NCBI GenBank assembly: GCA_043228905.1
Contig: JBHGNT010000002.1
Location: 23,064,001-23,128,000 of the forward strand
Reading direction: 5' to 3'
Length of the DNA stretch: 64,000 nucleotides
From: Azolla caroliniana
Taxonomy: Eukaryota; Plantae; Polypodiophyta
Positions within the stretch are counted from its first letter, which is position 1. Each line of letters begins with the position of its first letter. The notes beneath the pieces are model-generated. The model was given only the letters and a program-made list of their open reading frames with translations, had not been told where the DNA came from and made no database searches. Position numbers and translations under genes: made by a program. Positions 1 to 15,000 of this stretch are shown here, one piece after another.

Positions 1-15
1 ATGCACACATCACAG

Positions 16-3000
16 AATTTCTACCTGTTTGGAACTGACAAAAACAAAGTTCATTGGAGAATTCTAAGAATAGACAGATCAGAACTGTCGACAGTCAAAG
101 TGTACGAGGACCCAACTGTTTATACAAATTCAGAGTACAGGGACCATGAACATAAAATTTATGATGGACTAAAATTTGTTACTAAGGCATATGGGATTGT
201 TGGTGAGTGCTTTTCCCTTTTGACTATCTGATTTATTCTGTTAAAAGTAAAATTTACTTTAGATTTTGTATGCAATATCGGAAGGCTTACATATTTCTGT
301 TGCTGTAGGTTTTGTTAAATTCTTGGAGCCATATTACATGGTTCTTATAACAAAGCGTCAACTGCTTGGCAACATACAAGGACATGACATATATGGAATT
401 GGTGAAAGCCAGCTAATAACAGTTCCTCATTCTTCTTTATTGACGAAACTCACTCATTCAAATGAGGAAAATAGGTTGTCTACACTTCCTCAAAGTTATG
501 CATATGTTGTGGATTTGTTGAATAGAGTTATTGAAAGTCATGTGTATCTTTTCAACATCTTTTACAGGTATAAGAGGCTGTTCAGTTCAGTTAATCTTTC
601 AAAGGACTTCTTTTACAGTTACACCTATAGAATTATGTGGAACTTGCAAAGAAACATGAGCATAAAGGAAGTAGAGCCCATGCCTTATGATGATATGTTT
701 GTTTGGAATTCATTTATGTCTCAAGAATTCCGGAATGAGGTTAAAAGCACACTTTGGACAGTTGCATTAGTTTATGGATTTTTTTATCAGGTAACACTAC
801 ATATTTTCTCTGCACATTTTCCCTGGATAGTGTCATGTTATATGTTGCATGTTTGTGCTGGATAGTTGACATTCTGAATTAGTTATGGGAAAATATTTCT
901 TTGGATGTGGTTCACCATAGTTCGAGGAAGTAGAGCCCATGCCTTATGATGATATGTTTGTTTGGAATTCATTTATGTCTCGAGGTTAAAAGCACACTTT
1001 GGACAGTTGCATTAGTTTACGGATTTTTTAATCAGGTAACACTGCATATTTTCTCTGCACATTTTTCCTCGATAGTGTCATGTTATATGTTGCATGTTTG
1101 TGCTGGCTAGTTGGCATTCTGAATTAGTTATGGGAAAATATTTCTTTGGATGTGGTTTGCCATATTCAAGGAAGTAGAGCCCATTTTTCCTCGATAGTGT
1201 CATGTTATATGTTGCATGTTTGTGCTGGCTAGTTGGCATTCTGAATTAGTTACGGGAAAATATTTCTTTGGATGTGGTTTGCCATATTCAAGGAAGTAGA
1301 GCCCATTTTTCCTCGATAGTGTCATGTTATATGTTGCATGTTTGTGCTGGCTAGTTGGCATTCTGAATTAGTTATGGGAAAATATTTCTTTGGATGTGGT
1401 TTGCCATATTCAAGGAAGTAGAGCCCATTTTTCCTCGATAGTGTCATGTTATATGTTGCATGTTTGTGCTGGCTAGTTGGCATTCTGAATTAGTTACGGG
1501 AAAATATTTCTTTGGATGTGGTTTGCCATATTCAAGGAAGTAGAGCCCATTTTTCCTCGATAGTGTCATGTTATATGTTGCATGTTTGTGCTGGCTAGTT
1601 GACATTCTGAATTAGTTACGGGAAAATATTTCTTTGGATGTGGTTTGCCATATTCAAGGAAGTAGAGCCCATGCCTTATGATGATATGTTTGTTTGGAAT
1701 TCATTTATGTCTCGAGAATTTCGGAATGAGGTTAACAGCACACTTTGCACAGTTGCATTAGTTTATGGATTTTTTAATCAGGTAACACTACATATTTTCT
1801 CTGCACATTTTTCCTGGATAGTGTCATGTTATATGTTGCATGTTTGTGCTGGATAGTTGACATTCTGAATTAGTTACGGGAAAATATTTCTTTGGATGTG
1901 GTTCGCCATAGTTCTATACATGGCAATCGATAATGTAAAAGATGCGAAGTTCGTCCCCTCAAAACACACGAGCAGGTGTTCTTCCACTAGTAGCAAAAAA
2001 CAAAACATTTTATACTAGCTCTGTTTTTGTTCTCTGTCCAGCAATTATCTTTCATAGTAGTACTGAAGTAGCCTCTATAAACGTGAAAGGTGTTGGAGAA
2101 TGTGGATTAGAAAATTAATTATATGTAGGTGTCACCCATTGACTTATGTGAACAGAGAGTTGAGGGATCAAGAAATAGATGATGTACTTGAATTTGGTCC
2201 CAAATCTTTGTGCCCTCGTAGGTATTTCTTTGTATATTTCGAATAAATTCAAGGTACAGTGCTGTAATAACATAGCACGACTTTTGTGGAGCATTAACCT
2301 GTATGAATGATTCCAATAACTCAATTCTATTGCCAAAAGCAAATTTAAACTTCTGAATGAGGTAGAAAAATCCCTATCGTTTGACTTTCTAATCCTCAGA
2401 AGTCAGCTCCCCAAAATCCATGCATTGATTAGTTTATACATATGACCTGGCAAAATGGAGAGGATTCAAATCTAAACAAAACCAAAACCGGAGAAAAAGG
2501 GCACGTAAGCTTGCAACAACCATCCTGAGACATTTGTCATTTTCTTCCATATTTTGTACTGTATTTTATTTTAAAATTATTATTACTAAAATTACTTGAA
2601 ATCTAATACCGGATTTCTTTTCATAAGTCTCAGTTTTTTGGGGGCTTTGCATTTTATCCATATATTTAGTGCTCATCTCTGTTTTGTTGCCTTTGTTCTT
2701 CATTCCTATCCATACTCCAAACAGATATATATCTGCAAGCATTTAGTGCATGATTATATCACCTTTGAAGGAAAAAAGTTAAAGATTTTGCAGAAGAGCC
2801 TGCCTTCCTAACCTACCTTTCTGAGTCAAGATGGTAAGTTATCCTCGAAATATCAAGATTTGTTTCACTTAGTATTGTGATACTGTTTTGGGGATCTGAG
2901 GGCACTGGCAACTGTTTTGAGTCTTAACCTTTAGTCATAGAAAACCCTTAATGAGTGTAATAAGCTTGGGTCCATAAGCATGCTATCCTTTAATTATCGT

Positions 3001-6000
3001 AGCCATTGGATTTATAAGTATCCAATTACAAATATCAAATTACATTGCACTATAGAAAATGGTTGTAAATGATTTATGAGAGATGAAATTTTTTCATTGT
3101 AACTTAAAATTAAATCTATATCAGCCACCTACTTAAGGTGTTAGATATCATTTGTCACAAATGAATGGATATCTAAACATGCTACAAGGCATTGCTAGGA
3201 TTCATCACTCTCATGCTATGAATGATTTTAATATAAAAATATATATAGCTATTGATACCATTCTTGAACTAGAAACCAATCAACACATAGGGCACCTTCA
3301 ATAGTGAAAAATTGTTTCGCATGTACATAGTGATTGGTTAAAAACATTCAACCGTGGCCTAATCAGTTAAGATCGCCCCTGGAAGCCAGTGATCTGGAAT
3401 ATCTCATTAATGTTGTAGTCATGGCTTCAGATTCTGCTCTCTGGTTATTCCTGGCACTACATCCTGGTCATGCTATGGGAGAGTCTTCTAGAGATCATGT
3501 AATGCATGCATTAATCATCCATGATGATCCCAGCAAGTCATCAGTGGCATATTGATAAATGTCATTATCGCCACGTTGACCACTAGGTTATGAGGTTTCC
3601 TTTGGAGATGTCTTCTATTCATATCTCTGTTCATTGGAAAGAGCCACCAAACGGTTAGACTAGACTGGTGTAGATAGCTCGATTGCTTCACTCGTTAGTG
3701 AAATATAAGCCGGAGATATTTCTGTTTATACTCTAATCAATGGCATTCTCATTACAGATGGATAAATCCTCCTGGAAACTGAACCTCTCTATCGTGGAGT
3801 TTGACTTGTTATTAACATAGGATTACTCATTAGCTGTGTTGGGTCTGCTGCTTAGTCGAAAGCTATGAAAGCACCTTGCGGCACATTAAAATTGGAGCCT
3901 GTATAACATCGTGAAATTGGACCCTCCCCCACCTCCATGACAATCTAACCCGGATGTAGCATAATGAGACGGCTTTTTATTTATACAGAATGAGAATGAA
4001 GACAATTCGTAAAAGGTTTCCCGTTCAGGATGGAACACTGACCCACCCCCCTCGGATTCGAATAAGATCTTATCGCAGGAGTTTGTGGGGATTTTTAAAT
4101 CGTTTTTCAATTCTGTTTTGTTTGTAGTCGATCTGGATTTGCTTGTTAGATACTTTCCAGGAAAATGATGAATCAGAACCATTCTTGTAAAAGTCAATCT
4201 ATTTTTTGTGAGTCCCACATATTTATAGAATCTGAAAACCTAGAAGAACTGAACCATCCCCTTAACATACCAGAAATTAATCTTTCATGTAGGGGGATAA
4301 AAACTCTTGACTGAGGATAAACTCCACTGCAACATTGGTTAAGAATTTTTTCTTACCACAATGCTTGTGGATCCAGCATATTGCAATCAACAGGTTTAGG
4401 CATCATGTTACAATTAGAACATTGTTTCTGAAAATTAAAAATAAATATAAGCAGTACTCATTATTCAGTTCTTGAGTGGATGCCTTTGGAGTATAATTGA
4501 ATCTTGACGGCGAAAAATACGTTATGAACTATGCAAACTGGTTGGGTCAGATAACTAGCTAAAGAAAATATGGAAGTATGATGTGGCCGTGAAAGCTACT
4601 ATACTAAATATCCGAGCCTTATAAAGGCTAATGCACCTGATAAAATTGAGGGGAACCCAATGTGCTGAGTATTTGGAGAATTTCAAGAGATGAAAATGTC
4701 AATACCTCTTTCAACACCAGATATTTGAAGATGTTGAGAACAACTTTAATGCATATGGCAAGTGCAAAAGATCTCCATCAGGAACACCCAAACCTTCATA
4801 AGTTAACAGTTCGATCAGGAAAGGGGAACCTATTATGGCAGCGACCTTATTCATCTTGTTACACCCAAAATCTGTTCTTCACTTTGAACTATTTCCTATT
4901 CTTGTATGTTATAGCTCAGCATGAGAAGAAACACAGTCAGATCTTAAGTATTTGAGATGTTTAAATTTATGGGAGGCTATTGAAATAATTGCATGCCATG
5001 TATTTCACAGGAGAAACTAATGGGGAACAATACAAATTCCATGCTGACGCTAATTGCAAGACGTTCTAGACATTTTGCAGGCACACGGTAGATAATCAGC
5101 TAGAGATCTACTCAATTTGTGTAGATATATGCAGTCTATTTGAGAGTATGAAATAAATCTTTATCTTGATGCAGGTACTTCAAAAGGGGTGTTAATGTTA
5201 AGGGGAGAGTGGCCAATGATGTAGAAACAGAACAAGTAGTCCATGAAGAAAAAACAGAGCAGATTAGTTCTATTGTTCAACACCGAGGATCAATACCTTT
5301 ATATTGGTCCCAACCAATATCAGTATTTAGTCCCAAACCAGATATCATATGTAAGTTTTCCGATAATAAATAATTCTGAAGCCAAGTTTGCTTTACCTGA
5401 TTTTTGTCCTTTTTTCAGTACACAAGAATGACCCCACTTATGAGGCTACAAAACTGCATTTTGACAACCTTGTGGAGAGATATGGAAACCAAATTTTTGT
5501 TCTAAATCTTGTCAAGGTATGGTAGAAGTCTGTCTTTGTAAATATATGTGAAACTTCAACTTGTCAATAATTGCATGGCTTCTAGGGTATGACTAGTCAC
5601 CAGACTAGATTAGGTGAGATATGGATACTTGACTGGCTTTCAGTTTCCTAAAGGGATGTGGGACACAATCAGCTTTTATCAGAAAAGAGAGACAAAATGA
5701 GACACGTTGCAAAAAACAGGCGTCCTCAGTTTCTTAATTTTGAATTTGGCAACCAACATGCATTTCTTTTATATTACTCCAAAATAAAATCTGCGATAGA
5801 GTTGATGTACTGTTCAGCAACCAGTAGCTCAAAAACACATCGGTAGATTGTTATGGATGGTCTGCTGGGGTATGGTAGCCTGAAAGCATCAGTGGAGAAC
5901 AATCTCCAATCCAAGCCTAAATATACAATCTGCAGAGATGGATGAAATAAATGTGAAATTCATACTAAGCAGGTCACACAACAGAAAAACATAAATATCC

Positions 6001-9000
6001 TTCCATGTAGTTGTTCAAGCAGGAATTTCTGATGTATTTTTGGAAAAAGCTGATTTCCATCAAAGTTCACTTCAACTGTAATTTTGGCCAGATTTGTAGA
6101 ACTCTTTTAATGAGAACTTAAAATATAGTTAAACCCTTTTGCAACATAATCAGCCACATAAGAAATTTACAATTCCTTCCAAAAGTGAATATATTTTATT
6201 TTCAGCCGCTTTTCATGTAAAACTATTTTCTTCCCTTTTATTTTCACCCAAAAAATTCTACAGATTAAATGTAGAAACCCAGCGTAAGAAAGCATATTTA
6301 ACTGATTCTTGTCTTAGAGTTGTGACTTCTCCCACATGCATTAATGCCATATTTTCTAGCCTAATCTCTGAATCATTTAGAGTGTCACCTTCATATTCTA
6401 CATCTATTTCATAGATTTTCATTTATAACTTTCAATTGAGGACTGCACACGTACAACAATCTTATTGAGATAAGTGTCAAGCCATTATCCATGTACATGT
6501 TTTTTCCTTTTTCTTAGTGTGCTATATGCCTGTCCATGCAAGACAAAGGTTTGTGTTGAGTTATGCACAGATGGTAAGACAAAAATCGAAGGGATAAAGG
6601 CTTCCAACCTGGTCTGATGTCTTCCATCTATAGCATGTCATATATGCATTGTGTGGAGGGCCAAGTGGTAGATGCCATTTTTTATGATATCGTATAAATC
6701 CAGGCAATGCAAAACTGAGTTTTTGCCCTGGAGTAGTATCTGTCAATTGATGTTTTGCTTCCAATAGTAAATCAAAGTCTAATGAACTTGCATTTTTGTG
6801 CAGACTCTGGAGAGAAAACCAAGAGAATCCATCCTTTCGAGTGAGTTTGAGAAGGCAGTCCAATACTTGAACCCGTTCTTACCTGAGAACACCACAATCA
6901 ATTTTATTAAATGCGACATTAATAGTATTTCAGAGACGTCAGTATTACATTTAACTTTGGAGATCTCTTTTTTTTATGGTAAGCCTAATACATGTTTCAT
7001 ACCTACAGGAAAAATATGGGTATATTGGATGAACTCAAGGCAGTTTCTGTCAAGGTTTTAGATCCAATTGGGTTCTATTATAATGGCAAAGCAACTGAAA
7101 AACGTTCGTGCCATGATCTTCCAAGACTCGTAGGTGATGCTTTAAAGTAGGTATGCTCATGGATCATGCATTTGTCATTCACTGAATGTAACATTTTCTG
7201 CATAGAATGTTGTATGTTAGCATGCAATCTTGTAGACACATGGGAAATCACTTGAAGTGCCATTATTAGTTTGAAGTGCCATTGTTCCTGTCCGTTCGAC
7301 ACTTCACGGTGTCGCGGAAATCCGCGCGTGCGTGTCGGCTTGGGCAGGACCACGGGGGTCTTGGACTAGGGAGTAAGAGAAGGGGGAAAAATGGGAGCTT
7401 AACCAAGCCTCCGAGCACAAAAGAGTAGGAGGAATGAACAAAAGATTAACACAATAAAGAACTAGACGATGCAAGGTTTAAGAAACTAACTCCATTATAA
7501 GGCACAATGCCACAATATGATTACAATTGTGGCCATTTAGGCCGGACTCAAGCACAACTAAAAGAAACAACAATGACTAAAGAGAGAGAGAAGGAAACCC
7601 TAAACCTTCCTAACTACTACCATGATGACGAAAACCGTAAAACGAAACAGGGATAAGATGAAGAAGAAATAAAACCCTAATGGTCTACCCCGAAACAACA
7701 AAATGGTGACCCCCTCAACGGTGACCCCTCACCTCCTTTTATAGTAGAAAGGGGTGAGGCTCATTACAAAAAGAGAGGCCAAATATTCCACTCTTTTCAA
7801 AGGGGAAAATTTGCCTTGATCTTAGGAGGAGAGATTGATGGGGCCTTAACTACCTCTCCTCTCATTTTCACACACACGCTACCATGCCCTCTACTTATTA
7901 CAACCGTACTTCCATGCATAGCCCCTTTAGTCTACATGTGCATGTGCACCTAGTGTGCATCACATTTACACTTCATAAACTTTGTGGTGTACTTTAGCAC
8001 CTTACACTTTACATTTGTTTCCTTAATCTTATTTTACAAATCCCCTAAGTACTTGTGCAATGTTGCACATCCCCATTTTATTCGTCCCACTCGCTTTTCT
8101 CACCATAGACGAAAATCCTCACGACAACGGTGCGATATATTAGCCATGTATTGCTATACTATCCAGCCACAAGACTTTGATAACATCCCATGGTTTGGGA
8201 AAATCTTATGATGTTCCTGTGTTGTAACTACTAAGTGCTCTTTTCAACAGTATATTGAGTTGGCCAGCATTGCAATACATTTGAAGGAACAATAGCTAAA
8301 TCTTCTTATTCTTTTCGAATATGCAATGCACTTAACATAGTTTAAGGCACTTCTTGTTCCTTTTGGCATTATCCATTCGTTCATGAAATGTTTTATATAA
8401 ATATATGTATGTATATGTAGATACATACACATAATGGAAAAAGGGCTTTTAAAATTCTTCCCACAATGATTGCCATTGATTGATTGTAGAGCTAAATGTA
8501 AGGAAACTCTGTACAGAAGTCAAGCTGGTGATGGTCAACATCGTGCAAACCTGGGGCTCCAACATGGTGTTTTGAGAACGAATTGTATTGATTGCATTGA
8601 TCGTACAAATGTTGCACAATATGCTTTTGGATTGGCAGCATTGGGCCGTCAACTGTATGCACTTGGTCTGCATAATGCTCAAGTAGTCAGTGCTAATAGT
8701 AATTTGGCCATTAAGTTGATGGAAATGTACCGGAACATGGGTGACGTGCTTGCTTTGCAGTATGGTGGCTCACCTGCTCACAGCAGGGTATTAAGTTTTA
8801 TAAGCTCAGTATTTCAAGTGATGTTTTCTTTTCAGTATCTTATATGTCTGAACATGATCACATTCAAACTTTTTTTCCTGTAGTTTTTCTCACAATCGCA
8901 GGGGAAATGGAGTGCAACCATCCAGACTATGGAGTTTGTCAGATCTATTGTGAGGCACTATAATAATACTCTTCTTGATGGTGAAAAACAGGATGCCATA

Positions 9001-12000
9001 AACATGTGAGTTTCTCATTTATATATTTATTGTTCAAGTGTGAAATTCTCATGAACATGTAAGTCCAGTATGTATACAAAGGTCTTTCATTATAAAGGGC
9101 GAGACATGTGTATGTATGAACATATATATGCCTGTTCTTTCAGTGTGTCTAGTCTTAAGGCAGGTATAGTGATCGTATGGGTATTTTCCTCATTAAATGT
9201 ATATGTGTTTCCCATCACTTGGGTAATATACGTAATTATGTGCTGTGTGTGCATGTATGTGTATAAAACTATATGCACACATGTGTAGATGTGTATTTGA
9301 ACTTATATTATGAAGGCATAAATATCTATATCTGTATACAAACCATATGTCGCTCGTGTATGAAATTCATCTAGTGAGAAGTTCATGACATGATCCTTTA
9401 GTAGGCCATCTATTGGGCAGAAGTGTGATCCAAGTGTTTTGGGGATATTGTTGCCATAGATCTTGCCACAATACCTTGTTTTATTCATCATTTTAAAGAG
9501 GTATCAGCTTGATAGCGTGACTCGAGTCATGCTTGTAAATGGGACTCCTAGATTGACTTAGGAGTCCACAATTTTAATTTGTGTTCCTGATAGAATGAAG
9601 ACATCTTGTTAGCAGATTGACATGGATATGCATAAGATCATGACCATAGTCTTTTCTAGGTTTACAGTGAGCCCCTTTTTCGCCACAAAAACAATCTAGG
9701 GTATTGAAATGATGTTTTAGACCTGCATAAAATTCAAAGACCTGAGATTCTGTCATCAACGTAAAATCAATGTGGATGGGTATACCTTATACGTTGATCT
9801 CCTCACCGCCTCCATGTATGATGTGGTTTGCTACCTTGTCGATGTAGTGTCCGTGAGGGTGGCTAGAGTGGGCATCATTGCTTCACACCGATGGATGGTG
9901 ATTGTGATGATATCAGATAATCCTAATGGACACCGAACCCATCCCAACAATTGCTCGTGTAATGAATATATGACCCACATCAATTATAGAGAATTTTGAG
10001 TGCATAGAGTCTTATAGGAGATGTTCTCTTAGTACAATATCAAAGGCTTTGCAGAAACCTAAAAAGAATCTGTACAATCGGTTCTTTTGTGCCTTTACTT
10101 GGTCCACCAAGCAGCCTAATTTAAGGATGTGGTTGGTGGTAGAAAAGGCTTTCCTAAATCTTGCTTGACCCAGGCCCTCATATCTCTTCGACCTTGGAGG
10201 AGCTGTTGAGTTCTACATCAAGCACCGCCCACAATGTTTGATGAATGTGTAGACATGATTATTTGATAGTTCCCTGGTTGGAGGGGTTGTCTTCCATGTG
10301 TTAGGAAGGCCCTCTACCAAGGCCCTATTGAAAATGTGTGTGAAGATAAGAGAAAATGTGTTTCTTGCATAGATGAGGCATGTATCTTTTCATACCAAGA
10401 ACGTGGTGCTTGCTTCAAGCCATATAATGCTTTACGCAACCTGCACACTTTGTGTTCATGCCCTTTTTGCACAAAACCACGGGGCTGGGATACATACACT
10501 TCCTCATGAAGATCACCATTTAAAAATGCTGTTTTAATGTCCAACTGATGTACATTCCAACCACGATGAGCTGCAATTTCACAGATGCTACGAACAGTAG
10601 TCATATGGCAGGTGGGAGCAAAGGTCTCATCAAAATCAATGCCTTTTTCTTGGGCATAAACTTTCGCAACAAGCCTAGCCGTATACTTGTCAATTGTTCC
10701 ATTGGGTTTATGCTTTAGCTTATATACCCACTTAGTGCCAATAGCCTTCTTGCCAGGAAGCAAGTCACATAAAGACCATGTACCAGTCTTCATAATAGCC
10801 TCATATTCTGATTGCATAGCAACCATCCAATTTTCTGAATTTTGTGCTTCATCAAAAGAAACAGGCTCACTCTCATTGCAAAGACTAGAGGCAGCCATTG
10901 CATAACAATCTGTATTGCATAGGCTGAATCATTTATAGATCTTTCATAATCTATGAGCTTATACAACCCACAGCATAAAATGCCAGAAGCAATAATAACA
11001 TCCCCATTGGACAGATCATGAATTGTACACCTGTCATCAACAAATTTAACAACCAAGCCAACCTTGGCTAATGCTGAAACTGACAACAGATTTTTCTTGA
11101 TCCCTGGCACAAGCAAAGCATCAGCAGTAGTCAAAATGATCTTACCAACACCCATAACTGGATAATATGAGTTATTAGTGCATGTGATAGTATTCCCTGT
11201 AGGGGCAGGCTCCAATGAAGTGAAGAAATTGCACTGCGAGGTAATATGTTTGGTTACCCCACTGTCGAAGTACCAAACATCTGATTGTGCAACAGACATA
11301 CATTGTTCAAGTGAAGATGGGTCAAAACTACAAACAATAGTAAATGCCCATTCTTCATTCTGCACAAGATTTGCAGACTCTATTTTTGGTGCAGAAACTT
11401 TTGCAACAACGAGTCCTACCTCTTTTTTCTTTGCCTCTTTTGCAGCCAATTTTGGACAGTTCTTTATAATATGATCAATTCCTTTACAATATTTGCAAAA
11501 TAGTTTTTGTTTCTGCCCTTGTTTTTTTTCATTCACTTGTGAATTATTAGCAAATCTTTGCTTGCTAGCAGAAGAGTTCCATTTACCTTTGCCCTTCTGG
11601 CTAGCTAGGAAAGCTTGATCTGCAACACGCATAATAGACCTGTTTTGCCTAGACTAATTGTCCTGTAACAAAACAGAGACTAGCTCCTTGAATGATAAGG
11701 CATTGGGATTGCCTTTCATCATTAAACGAAGAGTAGAAGCAAAACTCTGATATGAATCAGGAAGACCATTTAGAACGGTCTACACAAGTGAACTATCTGG
11801 TATCATTTCATCAGCAGAAATTAATTGTTCCTTGAAATCTTTGATTTTTGTAAGAAAACTGTCCATAGAATCCCCTTCATTCATGTGCTCGCTCTCCAAT
11901 TTTTTTTGGAGATAAGCAACACGAGCCTCATTTCTTGCTTGGTACAAAGTGGTAAGAGTATCTCAAGCATCCTTTGCTGTCTTGCAAGAGCGAATATGGG

Positions 12001-15000
12001 GAATAATGGCACGCTTCACAGACAAAGCTATCAAAGCATGTGCCTGAGCATCTCTGCCATCCCAACGAAGTTGCTTTGTAGTTGGTACAACAGAAACTGT
12101 AGCATGGGCATCAGCAGGATGATCAACATCCTCGACAGAATCAGTACCATCAGCATTTGTGTTCTCAACAACAAGACGTTTTTCAGCCCCTTGAACCACA
12201 TTCCACAACCCCTTTGCTACTAATATATGGCGCATCATATAAGCCCAAAGAGGGTAATTTGTTCCATCCAGTTTATCCTCAACAGCAAGCATCCGAAATA
12301 CATCATTGCTCTCAGCCATGGCCGTGGACCGAACACGTTTTGATGTAAAAAATGGACTGCTGGAGGGAATAACGTACCTCTTTGACTTGAAAGATGAACA
12401 AGTGAAGAGAAAAGGGAAGCAAATATGATTTCTGAGGGTTATAGGAATGTCTTGGAAGACTCAAGGAGGCTTTTTCTAGGATTGAATCGACTTGGAAGCA
12501 GAAAAAAAAAAACACAACTGAAACTGCGTAGAGAAAGAAAACACGCAGAAATTTGTTTTTTCAACAGCAGAAAAATGCCACCACAGATGGCACAGACGGA
12601 CTGCGTATGAGAGCCGTTGTGTTGCTGCTCAAATGTCTCTTTGTAGCTCTGATACCACTGTTGGGTTCTTGCTTTGAATCCCAAAAAGCTTCACCACTTT
12701 AGGGTTCTAAGAGTATTTTTAGACAGGGGGAAAAAACCTCCTAAAGAGGGGAAAAATGCCCCTATAGTCCTAAGTGTGTTCACACGCATCACTACCAAAA
12801 TATGTCAACTCCATTTTGAGGTGCTGTATGGTCATCTCAATCTTTATGAGGTGAAGAAGGGGGAGGTAATAGGGGAGATGTTGAGGGCTGTGGTCTGGGG
12901 GTTGGTGAAGGCAATGCGCATGATACAAACTTTCAGCATAAGAAAACTATAGTTGTGTATCCTCGATTGGTGTCAGGTTTCTTTGATAAATCAGCAAGCA
13001 TTGACCAAGTCTTTGCTTATGAAGAGGTGGTATGAATCCCAATACTTTGCTTCCTCATAAGCACATATTTCTTGACACTGAGGGTTTTTGTTTACTTGTG
13101 AGCTTTTGTTGTGTAATCTCCCCAAGGTTTACATTTGTATGAAGTTGCTGATACAGCTTTTTACGTTTCTTGTTGTCATTTCCTGGGCATGTAGCATCAT
13201 GATGGTTTGTGGTAAGGAAAATTTGTGGCAGAGGTGTGGAGTATAATAGAGAGTTGGGAGGTGAAAGCATAGAGGGGTGTGCTTGGGTCTAGATTCCTTG
13301 TTGGACATGTGAACTAAAAGTTTCTGCTATTTCATTGGTAAAGTGGCTGATTGTGCATGGGGATGGGCTTGGTGATGAGGGTGAAAATGGTGGTGATAGT
13401 GTGTTGCTGGGTAAGATGATGGAAATATAAGTGTGGCAAGCAACGATTGGGTGAGGTGGGATTGGGAAGTATTTGATGTTTGGGAGAAGTGGAAGTGGAA
13501 GTGGGAGTGGGAGCGGGAGCTAGAAAGAAAGAAAGATATATTAACTGTTGCAAGAGGCCAATGTCATCCAATGAGACAACACATGATTATAAATGTGGGT
13601 GAATAAATGTCATCCATACTAAAGCAAAAACAAAAACTCTAGGTTTCCTACTGCTACATGACTATTATATTAAGGGATGTGGTGGAGTGATTTTTGAGCT
13701 GGTTTACAAGCATAAAGTGGATGCTAAGGTTGGTTGTATCCAAGGTTGGTTGGCTGTCCTCATGTGGATGGTACACGGCAAGCAGTTATCTTGGTATGGC
13801 CCATGAGCTTTTATATCATGGTACTCTCAGTCTCCTTGTTGTCAGCCTTCCTCTGCTCCGATAACAACTCCTCAACACATTGTTAGTGGAGGTAAAGAGC
13901 TATGGAAGAAATCAGTGATGTACAATTGTTGTTGCATCCCACATGCTGATGTAAGTGTTGGTTCCTATGCTTTTGAAGCTTAGGCAAATTCGGCCAAATT
14001 TGGCCAAACTGTCTCGTGTCAGCCTTTTCCATCATTTATCGAATGATGGAGTCTGCATAAGAATAACATCTTTCATTCTGATCTGGTTGAAAGCTAGGCA
14101 CCTCTCCTTCACATAATCTGCAAAATCTTTCAGCTCTTGGTATGTGATTGCTTGTTCTGCCCTGATCTCTAGTTGGTGGGAGGAACTTATGAGTTCGCCT
14201 ATTGATTTTCGACACTATGGGTCTGTAGATGTCCATGTACCTCAGTCTCTGTATGAATCCATCCTCTGAAAAATTCACAAAATGATCTTTGTGGGCAGTG
14301 GTTCCCTTGGTGTTAGCCAAGTCTTTTGGGTATAGATCTGCCATAGATCTTTCATCAACGCCATCAATCCTTTCATCATATGGGAGAGGTGTGCAATATC
14401 AAGAGGGTGGTAAGTTCTTGATGACGAGGCCATTGGTGTTGAACCACTTCATAACCTGTGATTACCATGATCCTTCTATGTATTCTATTGTTGCCACTTG
14501 CTTCAATGCGTCAACACCCTATGTGTAATTCTTTGAGATGGCATGGTATGAATCTGGTTGATGAGGTTCTGTGTCTGGAGTAATTCTTCCAATTCAGCAT
14601 GGATGATCTCATGAGGGTTGGGTACTTTTCTGCGTATCATCTTCGACATCACGAATAATGGACACTATTGTGTACACATATACATGGGGAGCCCTGGAGC
14701 CTTTATGGATGCATCGTGCATGAGAGCATTGGTGACCATGGTGTTGCATAACTGTACTTTGGTATGGATCCCTTGGAATTGTGCCGGGTGGCACTTTCAT
14801 TCTAGCATGGCTAGAGCTGCATATCCTCAAATGAGTTTATCTTTGGCAGCTTGAGTCATAGAGAAGCAACCAATCAAGCTTGTAAATGTGTCTCGTAAGT
14901 ATACATAGGAATCCACTACTTCAACTTGCCCTTCGATAGGTTGAAGACAGCTTGTTGACAAGTCAGTATGGATGTGTGAAGATAATTGCCTTAGTCTTTC

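Noticed and set aside
1061-1670. Regular repeat array considered as CRISPR-like
   Set aside because: The units are contiguous, near-identical 122-bp copies with no unique spacers, derived from the host exon/intron. The context is eukaryotic with no cas genes.
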